This document shows, in pieces, positions 41,653-54,686 of a stretch of DNA of 64,000 nucleotides. Within the stretch, counting starts at the first letter, position 1. Each line of letters opens with the position of its first letter. Under the pieces are notes generated by a model. The model was not told the DNA's origin. It worked only from the letters and a program-made list of their open reading frames with translations, and ran no database searches. Both the position numbers and the translations under genes were made by a program. The stretch is from Marsupella aquatica (taxonomy: Eukaryota > Plantae > Marchantiophyta): contig OZ316896.1 in assembly GCA_973895155.1 (NCBI GenBank), positions 23,642,600 through 23,706,599 on the forward strand. Reading direction: 5' to 3'.

Positions 41653-42310
41653 CAGTTAACTCTCTCTAAGTGCACGCTCTCGGGAATACGGATCCGGCAG
41701 CACTAAACCAGGTCTTGCATTCCTTGATAAACAGACCCCCCTTAAAAAGTGCACTTATGGATAAGTGCGCTTGATTTTGGTACCTTTGTTAAATTTATAG
41801 AGCCCCTCTGTTACTGAGTAGTCACCCTTGTACTTTGTATCCCTGTTCTACTCCTGTGCCCACCCTCAAGTACATTCTGTACTCTACTAAGAATGGGCCT
41901 GCATTTATCGAGAGATTTGCTTGGTGGGACCCCCAATGGAAATGTTTTACTTGATAGGACCCTTGAAAGTTTGGGTCCGTCTATTCAAGGTAAATCAACG
42001 GCCTGGATCACTCAGGGGTCCTATCAAGTACAACATTTTCATTTGGGGTCCCACCAAGCAAATCCCTCGCATTTATCTGTAAATGCAATTTCATGATGTT
42101 GTGCATTTACCGATAAGAGTATAGAGACGTTTATTTGAGGGTAAGCACTTATAAAGTTATGATTTAGTGAAATGATATTAACCCTGTGTGCACTCAAAAA
42201 TAGTGCTTAAAAAGCACGTATCTCATGTAAAAAGAAAGCCGAAGAACAGGATAACCTGCATTAATGAAGGGTAAGTGCTTATGGAGTGTGCGCTTAGAGA
42301 GATCCGACTG
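41653..42310. mobile_element. Tc1/mariner (pogo-like) non-autonomous element
   Basis: Left cagttaactctctctaagtgcacgctc; reverse complement of right end cagtcggatctctctaagcgcacactc, followed by TA. A third similar TIR (ta|cagtcggctttctctaattgcacactc) starts at 42344. Confidence 0.65.
41910..42068. mobile_element. Mutator-like fold-back MITE nested in the previous element
   Basis: About 57-bp TIRs (gagagatttgcttggtgggacccc... / ...ggggtcccaccaagcaaatccctc); 9-bp TSD GCATTTATC at 41901-41909 and 42069-42077. Confidence 0.92.
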
Positions 42311-45300
42311 TATTAGTATTTCTTCCACGTGCCATTACTAGTACAGTCGGCTTTCTCTAATTGCACACTCCTCACCTTAGGCAGTAATTGCACGTTAAAG
42401 TCCTCAGTGATGACATTCATGTTTTGGTGCACTCAGAAGCTGACATTAAACCATTTTCCCAATGATTGTATTTTATCAGGACAGGATTGAACCATGTGTA
42501 TATATGGTGTGCAACAGAACATATGGATGGATTTTGCAGTTATAAAGTTGCAGCGGATGGATTTCACATGCATGGTTATGGGTTAACATGGGCTGACAAC
42601 CTTAAGTTGCAAATTTTATTGATAAGAGTGTATAGTGCCTCAATGTGCAAACAGCCCTCTTTCATTAGATAAGTGTTAGTCGAAGGAATTGCGTGAGGAA
42701 TTTTTCTTACCCATCAGTGGAGGGTTTTCACCTTACATATTTGTAAAAAAGTGCACACTGGTCAAGAAAAATGGAGAACTGGACAACTTGCAACTAGCCA
42801 AGGTTTGTACCTTTAGAATGTGTGCAACCAAACAGTGAACCATGGATAAATGCACGGCCTGGGGACAAAGGCCTTGCCATGCATTTATTTACTGTTTGTA
42901 CTACTTCATATGAAGATGTTAGTATCATAAATAACAAGGCTAAGTGAAAGTGTATTGTCATTTGTTATTTATGAGACAAAACTAGCCCAATGCTCGTGCA
43001 TTAACATAAGATGTCAAGGCGAATGAAAGGATGAAGGTGATGCAAGGAAGTTATTGAGACATCATATGTGTTGTTGTGGCCATGCGATCATTGGCCTGCT
43101 ATAATTGTCAAAGTGTTGTCAAGAATGAGTGTGTAAGTCTAGTACCAAGCAAGGGGGGTCTTTGGCCAATCAAATAGTCTCAAATAGTCATTAAAAACTC
43201 AGGATTGAGTTCAACTGAAATGAGCATTTCCCAAAATAGACCACACAGAATGTTTGGACTGAATCACATATTATAGTGTTTGATCATGCCATTTATATTA
43301 TAATATGAAAATGTTACATAGCCCAATGCCTGTGTGTTGCACAATTGTTGCTGCAGCCATGTTGCCATAGGGGAGGGGGCGAATGAGATGGGGGACAGCT
43401 GCCCAGTTCATGTCTCAAAATCAGGCATGGTCGCCCTGTGCTACACGGAGAGAGAACATTTTCTCTTTTTTTGCCCTCCCTCCCTTTCTCTCCTTCATCT
43501 CTCCTTCCTCCTTCCAACATGATTTAAAAAGATAAGAAAAACATAGGGAGGAAAAAAGCTCTCATGTACTTCACATGTAGTAACTGTATGCTAGAAAGTA
43601 CTCACCAAGCACATGTACCTTGTACATCCTATTGTAGAAGCAAGTATGTCCATTAGACATCCCAGGGTGTCAAAAACATTGGAATGCATCTAACAGTGCT
43701 GGCTGGTTCACACCTTTTCCAATTTTGCAAATGAGTGATTTTGGCAGGACCCCTTATTACAGCAATTGATGTATATCCTTTGCATTTGCACGCTTTGCTT
43801 TGCCTGGCCATTTCCTATCACCCTTTAATTTCTCCTTTCACACTAATAGTTTCCTCCATCAAACTTTGTTTCTCCCTGCTTATGTGCAGATAGACAAATA
43901 TAGAGCCCTCACTTCAGTCAAGAATATTGCTCTACGTGCAAGGCACATGACTTTTGCACTTCTAGATACTATGCACAATTTGCACTTCTATATACTTTCC
44001 GCAACTTTAGGCTCTATGCTTTCTCCCAGACATTTCCTCATATTCCTGCCTGAAGATATATTTGGGAAGATTGGATCTGGGATGCCCACCATGGCTCATT
44101 AGAAGCGCAACTTTCAAATGTTCAAAGAATAGCTTGAATCCAGATGGTGAAGCTATGGCTCAACAAAGCACCACTTGTGTCCATGATTTGTATTAATGCA
44201 GGGATTTCCATAAACAGCTTATAGGGGCTGTCACACCATTCTAGGTAGTGTTAGAGTGTATCGTACTATCTAGATCCGTATGTTTGGTATGTGTGCTATA
44301 TGAGCCGATAAGGTTCTGTCAGGTTTGTGTGAGAGGGTACTTCTCACTTGTGAGGCATTGAAAGGTCATCTTTCAATGTTGAGCCTTGGAGAGAGAGGAG
44401 CTTGAGTGGCTATGGTGGCCGTGAGCTCCGCTTGTGTTACGTGGATTCCTTGAGTAGTGCAAGGTGCGTTGGCTTGACATACATGTGTGATCGGATCGGT
44501 GCGGGATCGATGGGGTATTGTTGACCGGGATCGTTGTGCCGATTGTATGGAGATTACATTGAAAGATCAGGAGCTTCAAACTCTGTTGTGCGGACAGAAG
44601 CTCAGAGTCTGAGTTTGTCGTTGACAATTTGCGATAGATCAAATCGATTGGAGCTGTTGTTGTGATCCATGGTACCTCGGATCGTGGAGTTGATCGTCGG
44701 TATTTTGATTTGCTATAGTCAGTGTTGAGAAGTTTGTATCTGATCTGTGTTGCCGTCTGATCGAATCATCAGAGGACAGATCGGGAGTTCTGCGAGCCAC
44801 AGTTGAGAAGAAACTGTTAGCTTGGCGACTGTTTGCTCTCGCCATACGCTCTGCAACCTGTAATGTGTTGATCGACTGTTTTCTGAAGGAACTTGACTCT
44901 CAAGTTGCGAGATTGCATCGGGGTTGTTTGCTGCAAGCCGGCGCTTGCACACACGCTCTGTTATGTGAACGAAGAGACCCCGAATGTTGTGTTTTTTACA
45001 TCCGACGTGTATGGTGCAAAACCCGCGTTTCTGTGAAGGAAGTAGCACCGAAAGTTGTTGCTTTTCCAACCTCCGATCCGTAAGCAGCCGTCGGCTAGGG
45101 ATGACGGATAGATATCACTGGATCGCGTAGCGATGACATGAAGGGTCGCTCGTAGTCGACACTGCATTTTTGTGAAGAAAGCGGCTACCGTCAGTCGCTT
45201 ATGTTGCCGAAATCGATACCACGAGGGCAGTATCCGTTGACCCGACAGGCCGGGTGCAGTGCTCTCTGTGAAGGGAAACTGAGAGGCGAAGTCTGAATGT

Positions 45301-46633
45301 TGCCGATTCCGAAACTCGATTTGGCGTAGCAAAGCGTTGCAGGCTCACTCTTTGGCTCATCTTGGCATTTAGAGGCTTCGAGGCAACTCGTGGTTACTCG
45401 GGACGAGAGGGCGGGCCAGCAAGCTTGCTGGTACGTGAGGAGTAGTTGCAAGCTGCTGATTTTGGAGCGACCAATTTGGTGCATAACTACAAGTGAGAGG
45501 TCACCCATCCCAAAGCTATTCCTTCCCCACACGCTTAACTATGTGGTTCTTAAGTGCTCTTGTGTACACACACTCATTTCCACTTTGATGTTAATGGAAT
45601 GAGCACTTAGGCATTTTATACACATACTAGTTTGTTTAGATTCATAAGCTCCCTTAAGGTTTTTGATGCTTCTAAATCCATCTAGATGCATGGATTGAAC
45701 CAATTGTGCATGGATCCTTAGCTACGACATTGAACATTGAGAGGCCTATTATGAAGGCCCCACATTGAACATTATGAACATTGTTTGATTGATGTATGAT
45801 CACTATTGATGTGGAGAGTTATTGTGGATCTCTTCTTGTTGATTGAATCCTCTCCACATATGCTTCCTGTTTATGCGCCATGTTAGTTTGGCGTGGGTGT
45901 TTGATTCTATAGGAGGGTTTACAACCGGACATTCTAGTTGTGCTACATATTTCTCTCTTGGTGATGTTGGAATGATGTCCAACACACCATGGTGAGTGCT
46001 TGTGTTGCTGACAGGGACAAATTGCCCTTACGGTTAGCATATAGTGGTTAGGTTGGTCACCACGAATTCTTCTGGTGCTGCTGGGTTACCCGATGGACAA
46101 CGGACCGGTTTCACTCGAAGAGGGGCGTAGTTTCGGCCAGCGACATTGGTAGCAGTCAATAGCACAACTTCAGACACTGATTCTGACAAGGACTCTGTGA
46201 GTAGTTCTCCTCGTCATCAGGTGATTGCACCTTTGTTGTGGGATATCGAAGAGATGTACGGGGCTACAAAGGGCCCACGACGATACTCTGGTGCAGTTGG
46301 CACAATTGATCTGGATGATTCATCCAGGAGTTTGATACGCGGTGCGATATGCAGACATTGCGTAACGCCGCGTTGTTTACCCCTTTCATGGCATGGAAGG
46401 GATTATTTCAGCTTGGAGGGGCCACCCATGGATGACTACCATGAGTTTCGAAAGACTCATTTGGTTGAGATTGAGGCATGGTGTGACATGGCCGCAAACC
46501 CGGTAGTAACTTAGTGTTGACTTATAATTTCATATATAAGTAGAAAGACAAGTAGGTGTAGTAAAAGTGTTTAGATTTTCAAATTTTCAAATTTTTTTAT
46601 TTTTGTTAGTTCTAATAAATGGATGCGACAACC

Positions 46634-46830
46634 GGAGCCCGCGAGCCATGGGGCGCGAGACGGAGGGCCGCCCCGCGAGTAGGCAGAGCCCCGAAAGGGT
46701 CTGCCGGGGCGTAAGCGAGGGGCAGCCGGGGAGGAGGAGCCCGCGAGCCATGGGGCGCGAGACGGAGGGCCGCCCCGCGAGTAGGTGGAGCCCCGAAAGG
46801 GTCTGCCGGGGCGTAAGCGAGGTGGCAGCC
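46634..46830. repeat. GC-rich tandem repeat, period 102 bp, hairpin-forming
   Basis: Units start at 46634 and 46736 and differ by ca versus tg inside a predicted stem. Confidence 0.9.
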
Positions 46831-46989
46831 GCATGGAAGTTGACTCTGGCGGCAGCAGCACGGAGTGGCTTCTGAGGGAATTGAGGGTAATTGATTGATC
46901 GGGATACGGGGGCCGTTTCGGGCCAGGGGATTGACATTGCTACGGGTGACGGGATTTGGTGATTGAGGATTTGATTTCGAGATGCATGA

Positions 46990-47808
46990 ATGCTAGATCA
47001 ACCGGAGTTTAGTGTGGCACGCATTCGGAGATACAAGGCTGCTTACCGTGACTACGTGGAGACTTTGATTGCAAGGGAGAGAGAAGAGAGAGAAGCTACG
47101 ATGAGCACGGGATTGGCAGCAGGTTCCACACCGGTGGGTAGGAGGATTTTTCGTCGAATTTATCCCAAGACCTCCGCCAAGGTGATGGAGGATTGTCGGA
47201 ATATTTTCCAAGCCACCGGGGTTACAGAATTCATGAAGGTGGAGATTACCATCCCTCCGGAGAAGAGCTGGGACATTGAGGCCGGGATGGAGTTACGAAC
47301 GGAGGGAATCTACTTTGAATGTCTCAAACGTGTAGTGCCCCATGTGGAGTTGGCTAGGCTGCTGTTTTTGGAGAATCAGAAATTCTCATTCACACCTCGG
47401 CACATTAGGGGAGAACTCACGTTGAAGATGGTGGCCACTTGGGTGATTAATCCCACCTCCACCACTGCCATCCCTCTTTCCGCTGTCAAGGATGTTGAGT
47501 ATAAGGGATTCCTGGCCAAGGTTCATCAACGGGTCCTTGGCAACGTGCAATCCGGGGTGGTGAATGAAGAGCATTTTGTGGTAGCTATGGACATCAAAAA
47601 CCACCCAGCCCATGTGTACGGATGGTGGTACTACGGGTTGAAGAAGCTGTTGGCCGCTGATCCCGGGAGTGTGAAACCAGGTGGGGCTGTACATTTGATG
47701 GGGTCATTTGTATTGGCCAGGGCAGAAGGGTTGATTGGTTCCCCGGGACAGGAAGACACGGGATCATCTCTCACCACGGAGATCCGGAGTATTGCCACTA
47801 CTATCTAG
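46990..47808 (+). CDS. Intronless 272-aa ORF, probably a retroelement accessory (plant transposon protein-like) ORF, likely truncated at the 3' end
   Basis: ATG-initiated long ORF inside the repeat-bounded element; its stop codon lies inside the second repeat copy. Family resemblance is weak. Confidence 0.5.
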   Translation: MLDQPEFSVARIRRYKAAYRDYVETLIAREREEREATMSTGLAAGSTPVGRRIFRRIYPKTSAKVMEDCRNIFQATGVTEFMKVEITIPPEKSWDIEAGMELRTEGIYFECLKRVVPHVELARLLFLENQKFSFTPRHIRGELTLKMVATWVINPTSTTAIPLSAVKDVEYKGFLAKVHQRVLGNVQSGVVNEEHFVVAMDIKNHPAHVYGWWYYGLKKLLAADPGSVKPGGAVHLMGSFVLARAEGLIGSPGQEDTGSSLTTEIRSIATTI

Positions 47809-49707
47809 ATCCGTATGTTTGGTATGTGTGCTATATGAGTCGATAAGGTTTTGTCAGGTTTGTGTGAGAGGGTACTTCTCACTTGTGAGGCATTGAAAGG
47901 TCATCTTTCAATGTTGAGCCTTGGAGAGAGAGGAGCTTGAGTGGCTATGGTGGCCGTGAGCTCCGCTTGTGTAACGTGGATTCCTTGAGTAGTGCAAGGT
48001 GCGTTGGCTTGACATATGTGTGTGATCGGATCGGTGCGGGATCGATGGGGTATTGTTGACCGGGATCGTTGTGCCGATTGTATGGAGATTATTGTGGGTT
48101 TTGGACATGTGTGGATATGAGTTTCACTTGTATTCCATTCTCTTGTGTTTGTGATGTGGCAGTGTGACTATGTTTGAATGTATGTGACAAGCGATGTATG
48201 TTGTGTAGCGATGTGTATGCGCACGACAAGGCTGTTTTCTAGCCCGTGGTTCTTGCCTCAATTCCAGGTTTGACATCCAGACTCCAATTCACAACCTAAC
48301 TCCACCATGCATGACCTATTCTCTAGAGTGAAGGTTGTCATTCTTTTGATAACAGAAAATTGCCATATTTTAGAGTATGCTTATGAGTAGACAGGCATGG
48401 CAAATCTTGGTACAAGGAGCCCTTCCTGGGCACACACACACAAGTATCCAGGCTAGTGCAGGAGTGCCAACCATCTTGTTTTGACTTGATTAGGGCATGT
48501 CAACCATCCATGTTTAGAGCAATACCCCCCGGTTGCGGGGGAATGCCCACCCAAAGGCAACTTCAGTTGGACTGGCTTGGGAAACCAATTCTCCAATTGC
48601 CTCTGAGCCCTGCAAAATTAAAACCCTGGAGCTCAACCCATACATTGCAAAAAACCCTCGGTGGGGATGCTGACAGGGTGCCGTCAGCCACCGACAAGCT
48701 GATCCGCCATTCAACTCGCTACTCACGCATTTACCGAGTTGTGGATGGCATATCCCGGGAACAGCCCACTTTGGGAGTGCCTCATTTTGGGAGTGGTCCA
48801 TTGTGGGAGTGGTCCATTGTGGGAGTGGAAGTGGGAAGGGGAGGTTTTCACTCCCTTGCAGTGAGTGACCCAAGGAACCCCAGTCAACAACCTTGCTGTT
48901 CAATCTTCTCAACCCAATGAGCCCATTCGCACAGATCGCTCGTTCTCATCCTTATCATGAGTTTGTGTCATCTGAGGTGGCGCCACGACAATCTCTGGAG
49001 CCGCCTCTTCATTTGCTCTTCGCTAATTCTGCTCTTCCGTGTGCAGACACCTCCTGCCCCACCCAATTAAATCGTTCTCTCGTGCTCTGTTCTGCAATTC
49101 ACACCCACAAAAAGCAATTCATGTCGCCATAGAAATTTCCGGTGAAGGCATAACAGCCCATTTGTTCTTCGGTGATATTTTCGTCATGCGGTGATTCGAG
49201 CTCGAAAGAACGAAGCTGTTCTCGTTTGTTTCTAGGATCGCGCTCGTCTTGAATTTGGCATCGCTGTACAACTCTCTACTACGCATCCTCGCCACTTTTT
49301 CAGTTGGGTTGGGATTTGAGAACTTGGTGGTGGACCTGTAAGCTCACTCGCCGTTCGAAGAACCGATATGTAGATCACGCGGTCTCGCCTTCAGCTCCTG
49401 CATGCGCCGCCTTTCTTCGACAAGGATTGTACTGAAGGCAACCCTGCCGCGGCCCCCCAGCTCTCTCCCTTCATCCGGTGCAGACTGTACAGTGCTGGTT
49501 CGCACTTTGCGAGGGTTTAAGCTGAGAACAGTGGACGAGTGTTGTACGATTTATCCGTCTCTCAGCAGCGTCGTTCTCGTACTTTTTGGTTTTCGCTAGC
49601 CTTCAGGCGGGGGCACGAGGTTTATGCCGTCTGCCTGTCTGAGACTGTGTTTCACGGGGGGGGGGGGTTGAAATCGTCGAGGCTGGAGTGGAGGTAGGTG
49701 GTCAGCC

Positions 49708-52210
49708 ATGGCTTTGGCCTCGGCGACCGCTCTGTCATGGAGGCCCTTACCTCCTCGGCCACCTTGTTCCTCTTCTTCTTCTTCTTCTGTCCATACGGCG
49801 GCAGTGAATGGTATTCGAATTTCCGCCATATCCACATCTGTACCACGTACTCCTCCCCGGACCTGTTGGAGCAACAACGGCAGTTGTTGTAAGGACAGCC
49901 TCAGTGATTCGGTTTTGCGGAATTCTTTGAGCTCACCCTTTCTTCATAACAGACTGAAATTCTGGAGCTCAAACCTGGATCGGAGGGAGAGGAGGAGCGG
50001 GAACGGAAGTGTAGTGACGACTAGGGCCGGTATGAGGTTGGATCCAGGCGGCGGGGGTGGTAATGATGGTGGAATTGGCCGAGTGATTGTGAACTTGGCT
50101 CTAGCTGGGGGCTTTACTTATCTCGCAGTCACTGGCAAGCTCGGCTGGGTCTTTGACACTTTGTTGTCTCTCTGGGTGAGTGAAGTGTTCGTTTTTCTCC
50201 GAAAGCAATTGTCAGCCGAATGAGTCCAGTAGTGATCGAAACTATTGGCTCTATGGTACTGTTCTTGAATTTGGCAAACAAATCTGCTGCTCCAAGGATC
50301 CGATTTTCTTCTAGTGTATCTCTGATCATGGGGAATGTGCAGTTCTTCTAAATTCTACATAAGACGCTGCTTAATTGGTGGGAGAGAAGGTTGCCCGCTC
50401 ATGCCAATCAATTTTCACTGTACTTAGTCCGATCAGCAAAGTTTGTTTATGTCAAAGAAATTTTTAAAGGTTGTGGTGCAGCGGGTTTTACTATTCTGTG
50501 TTTCGTGGGCCCTCGTTACTTACATTCCTCTCTATGTCAATGGCGTTTGTCACAGCTCTTGGCAGTGTTGGTGCCTATCATCAGTTTCGTAGCTTTTCTC
50601 TGGTTTGCGGAGCGAGAGATTGTCAAAGGTGCTGTAAGTTCCGGCCATATATGGTAGCGTATGGGATTTCGCAGAAGCCACAATCTTATATTTTTCTTCC
50701 TGGAATTTGTTCAAAGCTTGGTTTCGAGTAAGTTCATGAGGAATGCCGAGTTACAATGTTGTATATCTGTTCAATATTGATATTCTTATAAACCTCAATA
50801 TTTGTTCGTTTCATATCACAAATCTGCGAACCGTGTCGCTTGCTGCATTGTTCCGAGAAGCTGACAATCTGTCTTGGCAATTTTGGCTTTGCAGTGTCCT
50901 AATTGTGGACAAGCATTTCAAGTATTTGAGTAAGTCTCCACATGTCATCGTCCTGTCTTTTAAGTTGTTTCTCTGATTGTAAATTGCAAGGAATAAGTGC
51001 CGAAGCTCTCAAGAAACTGAACTCGTTTTAGAGGTTTTCTGAAGAAAGACACTTTAGTAAGCCAACATTGCAATTGTCATGTGTGTAAACAGATTTGCTG
51101 TGAAAGAACAACCCAATCTATGCCCCTACTGCAGTCAACCATTTAAATGTGAGTGTGCTGGAACCCTTTCATGGCTCACATTATCATGTGGACCCGTTAT
51201 CTGCTAATGCCTTTACTAATATGGGTTGTACTGCTACTACCAGATATTTTCCCATTCTGGACTAGATGAGTGGATTTATTGGCGGACTTCCGCCTTGGTT
51301 TCATGATACCCGAGTATTTTCACTTAAAAAGAATTTCTTATGCCTTCAATATCATTTGCACACAACTGTTGCTGCTGATGGTCCGGAGTATGGAGAAGGC
51401 CATTGTATGTGTAATATGCCGTAGTCCTCGAGAAAAATATGTTTCGAGCTGCGGGGTCAACAAGCGCTAACCTTTTGGAGCTCGGCATATGTTTTAGGCG
51501 TTTCTCACAATCCTACTACGTGTACTGTTGTCATGTTGGCCGAAAAGTTGAAGGGTAGTCTGGAGCCAGTCGGGAAGTATGAGTGGAACTTAAAGATTTT
51601 CTTGATCTCTTTTCTGACCTCCGACCCTGTATACAATCCAGTGGACAGCGAAAAGCAGTTTGTCAGAGACGAACCTCGATTTTCCAATCAGAGATCTGAC
51701 CGCTTTAGGGATGCATTTGGAGGTTTCGGAAAGGATTTTTCAAGCAAGAAGGAAGGTGAATTTTCCTTACTGAATCTCTCTGAGATATTGAAGCACTCCG
51801 AAACAACGTTCCTGAGAGGATTTGGAAAAGTGGTGTCAAGAAATTAGATAGGACCTCCCTGGAATTTGGCATCCATCGCTACTGTGGGTCTCAAGAAGTA
51901 AGATGAAAAAGTTTGCAATGATCCATCTCTGCTATTGACTCGTAATATTCTATCCTAACTCGTCTCATCCAAATGTCCAGTACTGTACAACTTAAGTCAT
52001 CAATTAGTAAATGGTGCCAGGCTGTAAGACAACGTATGCGATGTTTTGGAGCTGGTAGGAGTTCTGCATTTTCTACAGCTTCATCTCAGGTCATTGACTG
52101 TCTCCTGACGACTCCGTCCAGGCTATCTCCGCTGATCCACATTGTGTTTATGTGCAGATCCTGGCGGAGTTATCGTAGACGTAGAAGCCGAAGTTGTGGA
52201 CAGAGATTAA
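49708..52210 (+). CDS. Conserved plant protein of unknown function with transit peptide, 2 TM segments and a Zn ribbon; exons 49708-50175, 50556-50633, 50895-50929, 51093-51148, 51642-51755, 52158-52210
   Basis: Ser-rich transit peptide; RVIVNLALAGGFTYLAVTGKLGWVFDTLLSLW; CPNC...CPYC; C-terminal VIVDVEAEVVD; all splice phases consistent. Confidence 0.88.
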
Positions 52211-53433
52211 TTGTCAGCAGGCAAGAGTCGTCTCTCGACTGGGGATAGTAGTTCTATGTGTAGGTGCTAGAATCCCGCTGGGACAACAAGAGGTGCAGCA
52301 AATTGATGATTACTCCAGGAAGATTCCGTCAGGTGACTTATCTATCAGAGGGTCTTGCGTCGTGCTATGAAGGTGGGCCTTTGTCTCCACCATGTAGCTT
52401 TGGGCCCTTTGGCCAGACTCCCACCCTTATTACCTCCTAGAAGACGTACATATCTGTGTAATGCCTGCCGATGAGGCTCTTTGTAGATGTATGGAGCCTT
52501 CACCAAGCACGAGTGGAACTACGAGCTCCTCTGTTGGTGTTACTATACTTTGGGGGTTGACTTGATAGCAGCCCCAGTCTAACGAACAAAGCAGGCTCTG
52601 TATAGCCTCCTGTTCTTCTGAGCCTGTCCTTTTTGATCAATGTTTTCGTGGGTGACATTTTTGGAGAGCAAATCCAGTCCTTGGCATTGATTCGTAGAAG
52701 TATCCTGCCTGCTTTTCGCGCTCGAGTCATGGCTTGTTCATTCAGTTGGTGTTGAACATGTGCATCCCGCTCAATCATTCCCTGAAGATGAAAACATCAT
52801 TGAAAAACAGGAGAGATGCGTGCAGGAGAAGACTTAACATGGTCCAAGAAAAAGACTCAACAAGCCAAATCCCACAAAACAACAAACTGAACTGTAAACC
52901 CGAAGCGACATGATTGAGCGAGATCCTATCCTCAGTTTTGTTAGAGTCTACTGAGACAGAGATCGTCTCTGCAGAGGACGAGAAGTTTGGTGTTATAGAT
53001 TAGAATGAAAATTTGGTAGGATTTGGTTTTGCTTCAGGCGGCATCTAGATTTTGCTCTTCAGAGATGCAATGCGACGCCAGATTTCTTCTTAATTCCACC
53101 ATGTCAATCCGGAAAGATTTTTGCTAGAGAAAAACAACTAATGCACGATTGCAAACAGGGAGTAAATTACCCTAGCAGCACTCTCACTCAACCAAAGAGC
53201 TTGATCAAAGCTCCTGTAGCAGAGGCATCTGGTTCAGATATGGAGAAGAATCAGAGATACTGTATTAATCCCTTCGTTATACAAAAACAAAATACACTGG
53301 CGGACTCGAAATGGTAAAATGCGGACCATCGACCGTAAACCCTAATCCTGGCTGCTACCTTCGTTGATTGTGTTCTCAGAGAGTTTATGCACCTCGGTAA
53401 ACTGAAATTATGGAAAGCGTCTTAGGTGATATA

Positions 53434-53950
53434 ACATTCTCCTATTTTGAAAAACCAATGTTGAACGACGAACTGACCATTTGTTGAAATATTTCCAATT
53501 GAGATTTGAAATATAGAAGTTATGAGACTAGTCTAGACATATAGAAACAGTCTTACATTCTCCTATTTTTAGATACCAATGATGAAAGATAATATACTTA
53601 CCAGTTAAATATTCGCAATTTAGATTTGGACTACAAAAGTTTCGATATTAAGTCTCAAGACCGGCATTATTGGGAGCTTTCATACGAAATTTTGCTTCTA
53701 TTTTTTAGACTTATTTCACATGATGACATTAGCTTACGTTAATCTTTTTGCTTCGCTGTGTTTGTTTTGGGCTTTGGAGAGAAGAGTTCTATGCAACTTT
53801 GAAATAAATTCTTAGAACTTGTCCAATTTATGATACATCTGCAACTATATAATCTCACTCAAAGCTACTGCACCTTTTGAGATGAATTCCTTAGAACTTG
53901 TCCAATTCAAGATACATCTGTAATTATATAATCTCACTCAAAGCTACTAC
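53434..53950. repeat. Two diverged tandem duplications (periods about 122 and 80 bp)
   Basis: acattctcctatttt..accaatg occurs twice; cttagaacttgtccaatt..gatacatctg..tataatctcactcaaagctact occurs twice. Confidence 0.75.
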
Positions 53951-54686
53951 TCCCTGGGCCTACTATCTAGAGTGAAGCGTAAAATCTCAATCAAAGCTAC
54001 TCCATGTGCCTACTGTAGGCCCCCACCAGACAGTGACTCTAAGGGCATGAGTGAGGGTACAAACAGAAAACAGGGATGGGGGCAAAGATGAACTAGAAAT
54101 AGCAAGGAATACTTTTTCTGCGAAGTTGTTTTCTGTCCTCACATCTATTTAAGTCAAGGAGTTGTATATCCGACCAGAGGTATTGCTACAAGCTGACTGT
54201 GATTTGAGTGAAGGAATGGGGAAAAGAGAGGCACGACAAATGCAGGAATTGCCACTGTTGCGATTGAAATGCCCTACAAAAAATCTCCTCAGTAAGAGTG
54301 GGGAAGTGGAAATTCCAAGCTAAGATATGAATTGCCCCCAAAATAGTGCCTCCCACAATAAAGCCAACTAGCCATAGGTCATTCCCACTTAAAAAAGGAA
54401 GGTTGAAGAGTGCTCCAGTGCAATGTGGTCAGATTGGCCCATTGAGAGTACCATAGTGATATAACGGTCGCCCGCTTTCTTCTTCAGGCACTCCATTTCC
54501 ATTTCTATAAGCATGCAGCATTGTAGCGTGAGACATTCAGCTCAGAATAAGAGGTTGCATTTCCTGTAGAAGGTCCTCAGTTGCTTGCCAAGTGTATTCC
54601 CATGCAAAAGTCGCTATGTCAGTCTCACAACCTGCCCTCTGCATTCCATGACATAGCAACACCATTTCGACGACATACCTGCGAAG

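Larger units (their letters stand above)
44249..48091 (+). mobile_element. Non-autonomous LTR-retrotransposon-like element lacking gag-pol
   Basis: 293-bp direct repeat at 44264-44556 and 47799-48091 (5 mismatches by eye); first copy sits within TG(44249)...CA(44558) and is followed by a weak PBS-like ttgaaagatcaggagc; no TSD or PPT seen. Confidence 0.65.

Noticed and set aside
44264-44556. Retrozyme (hammerhead ribozyme in the terminal repeats)
   Set aside because: No CUGANGA...GAAA core found on either strand by eye.
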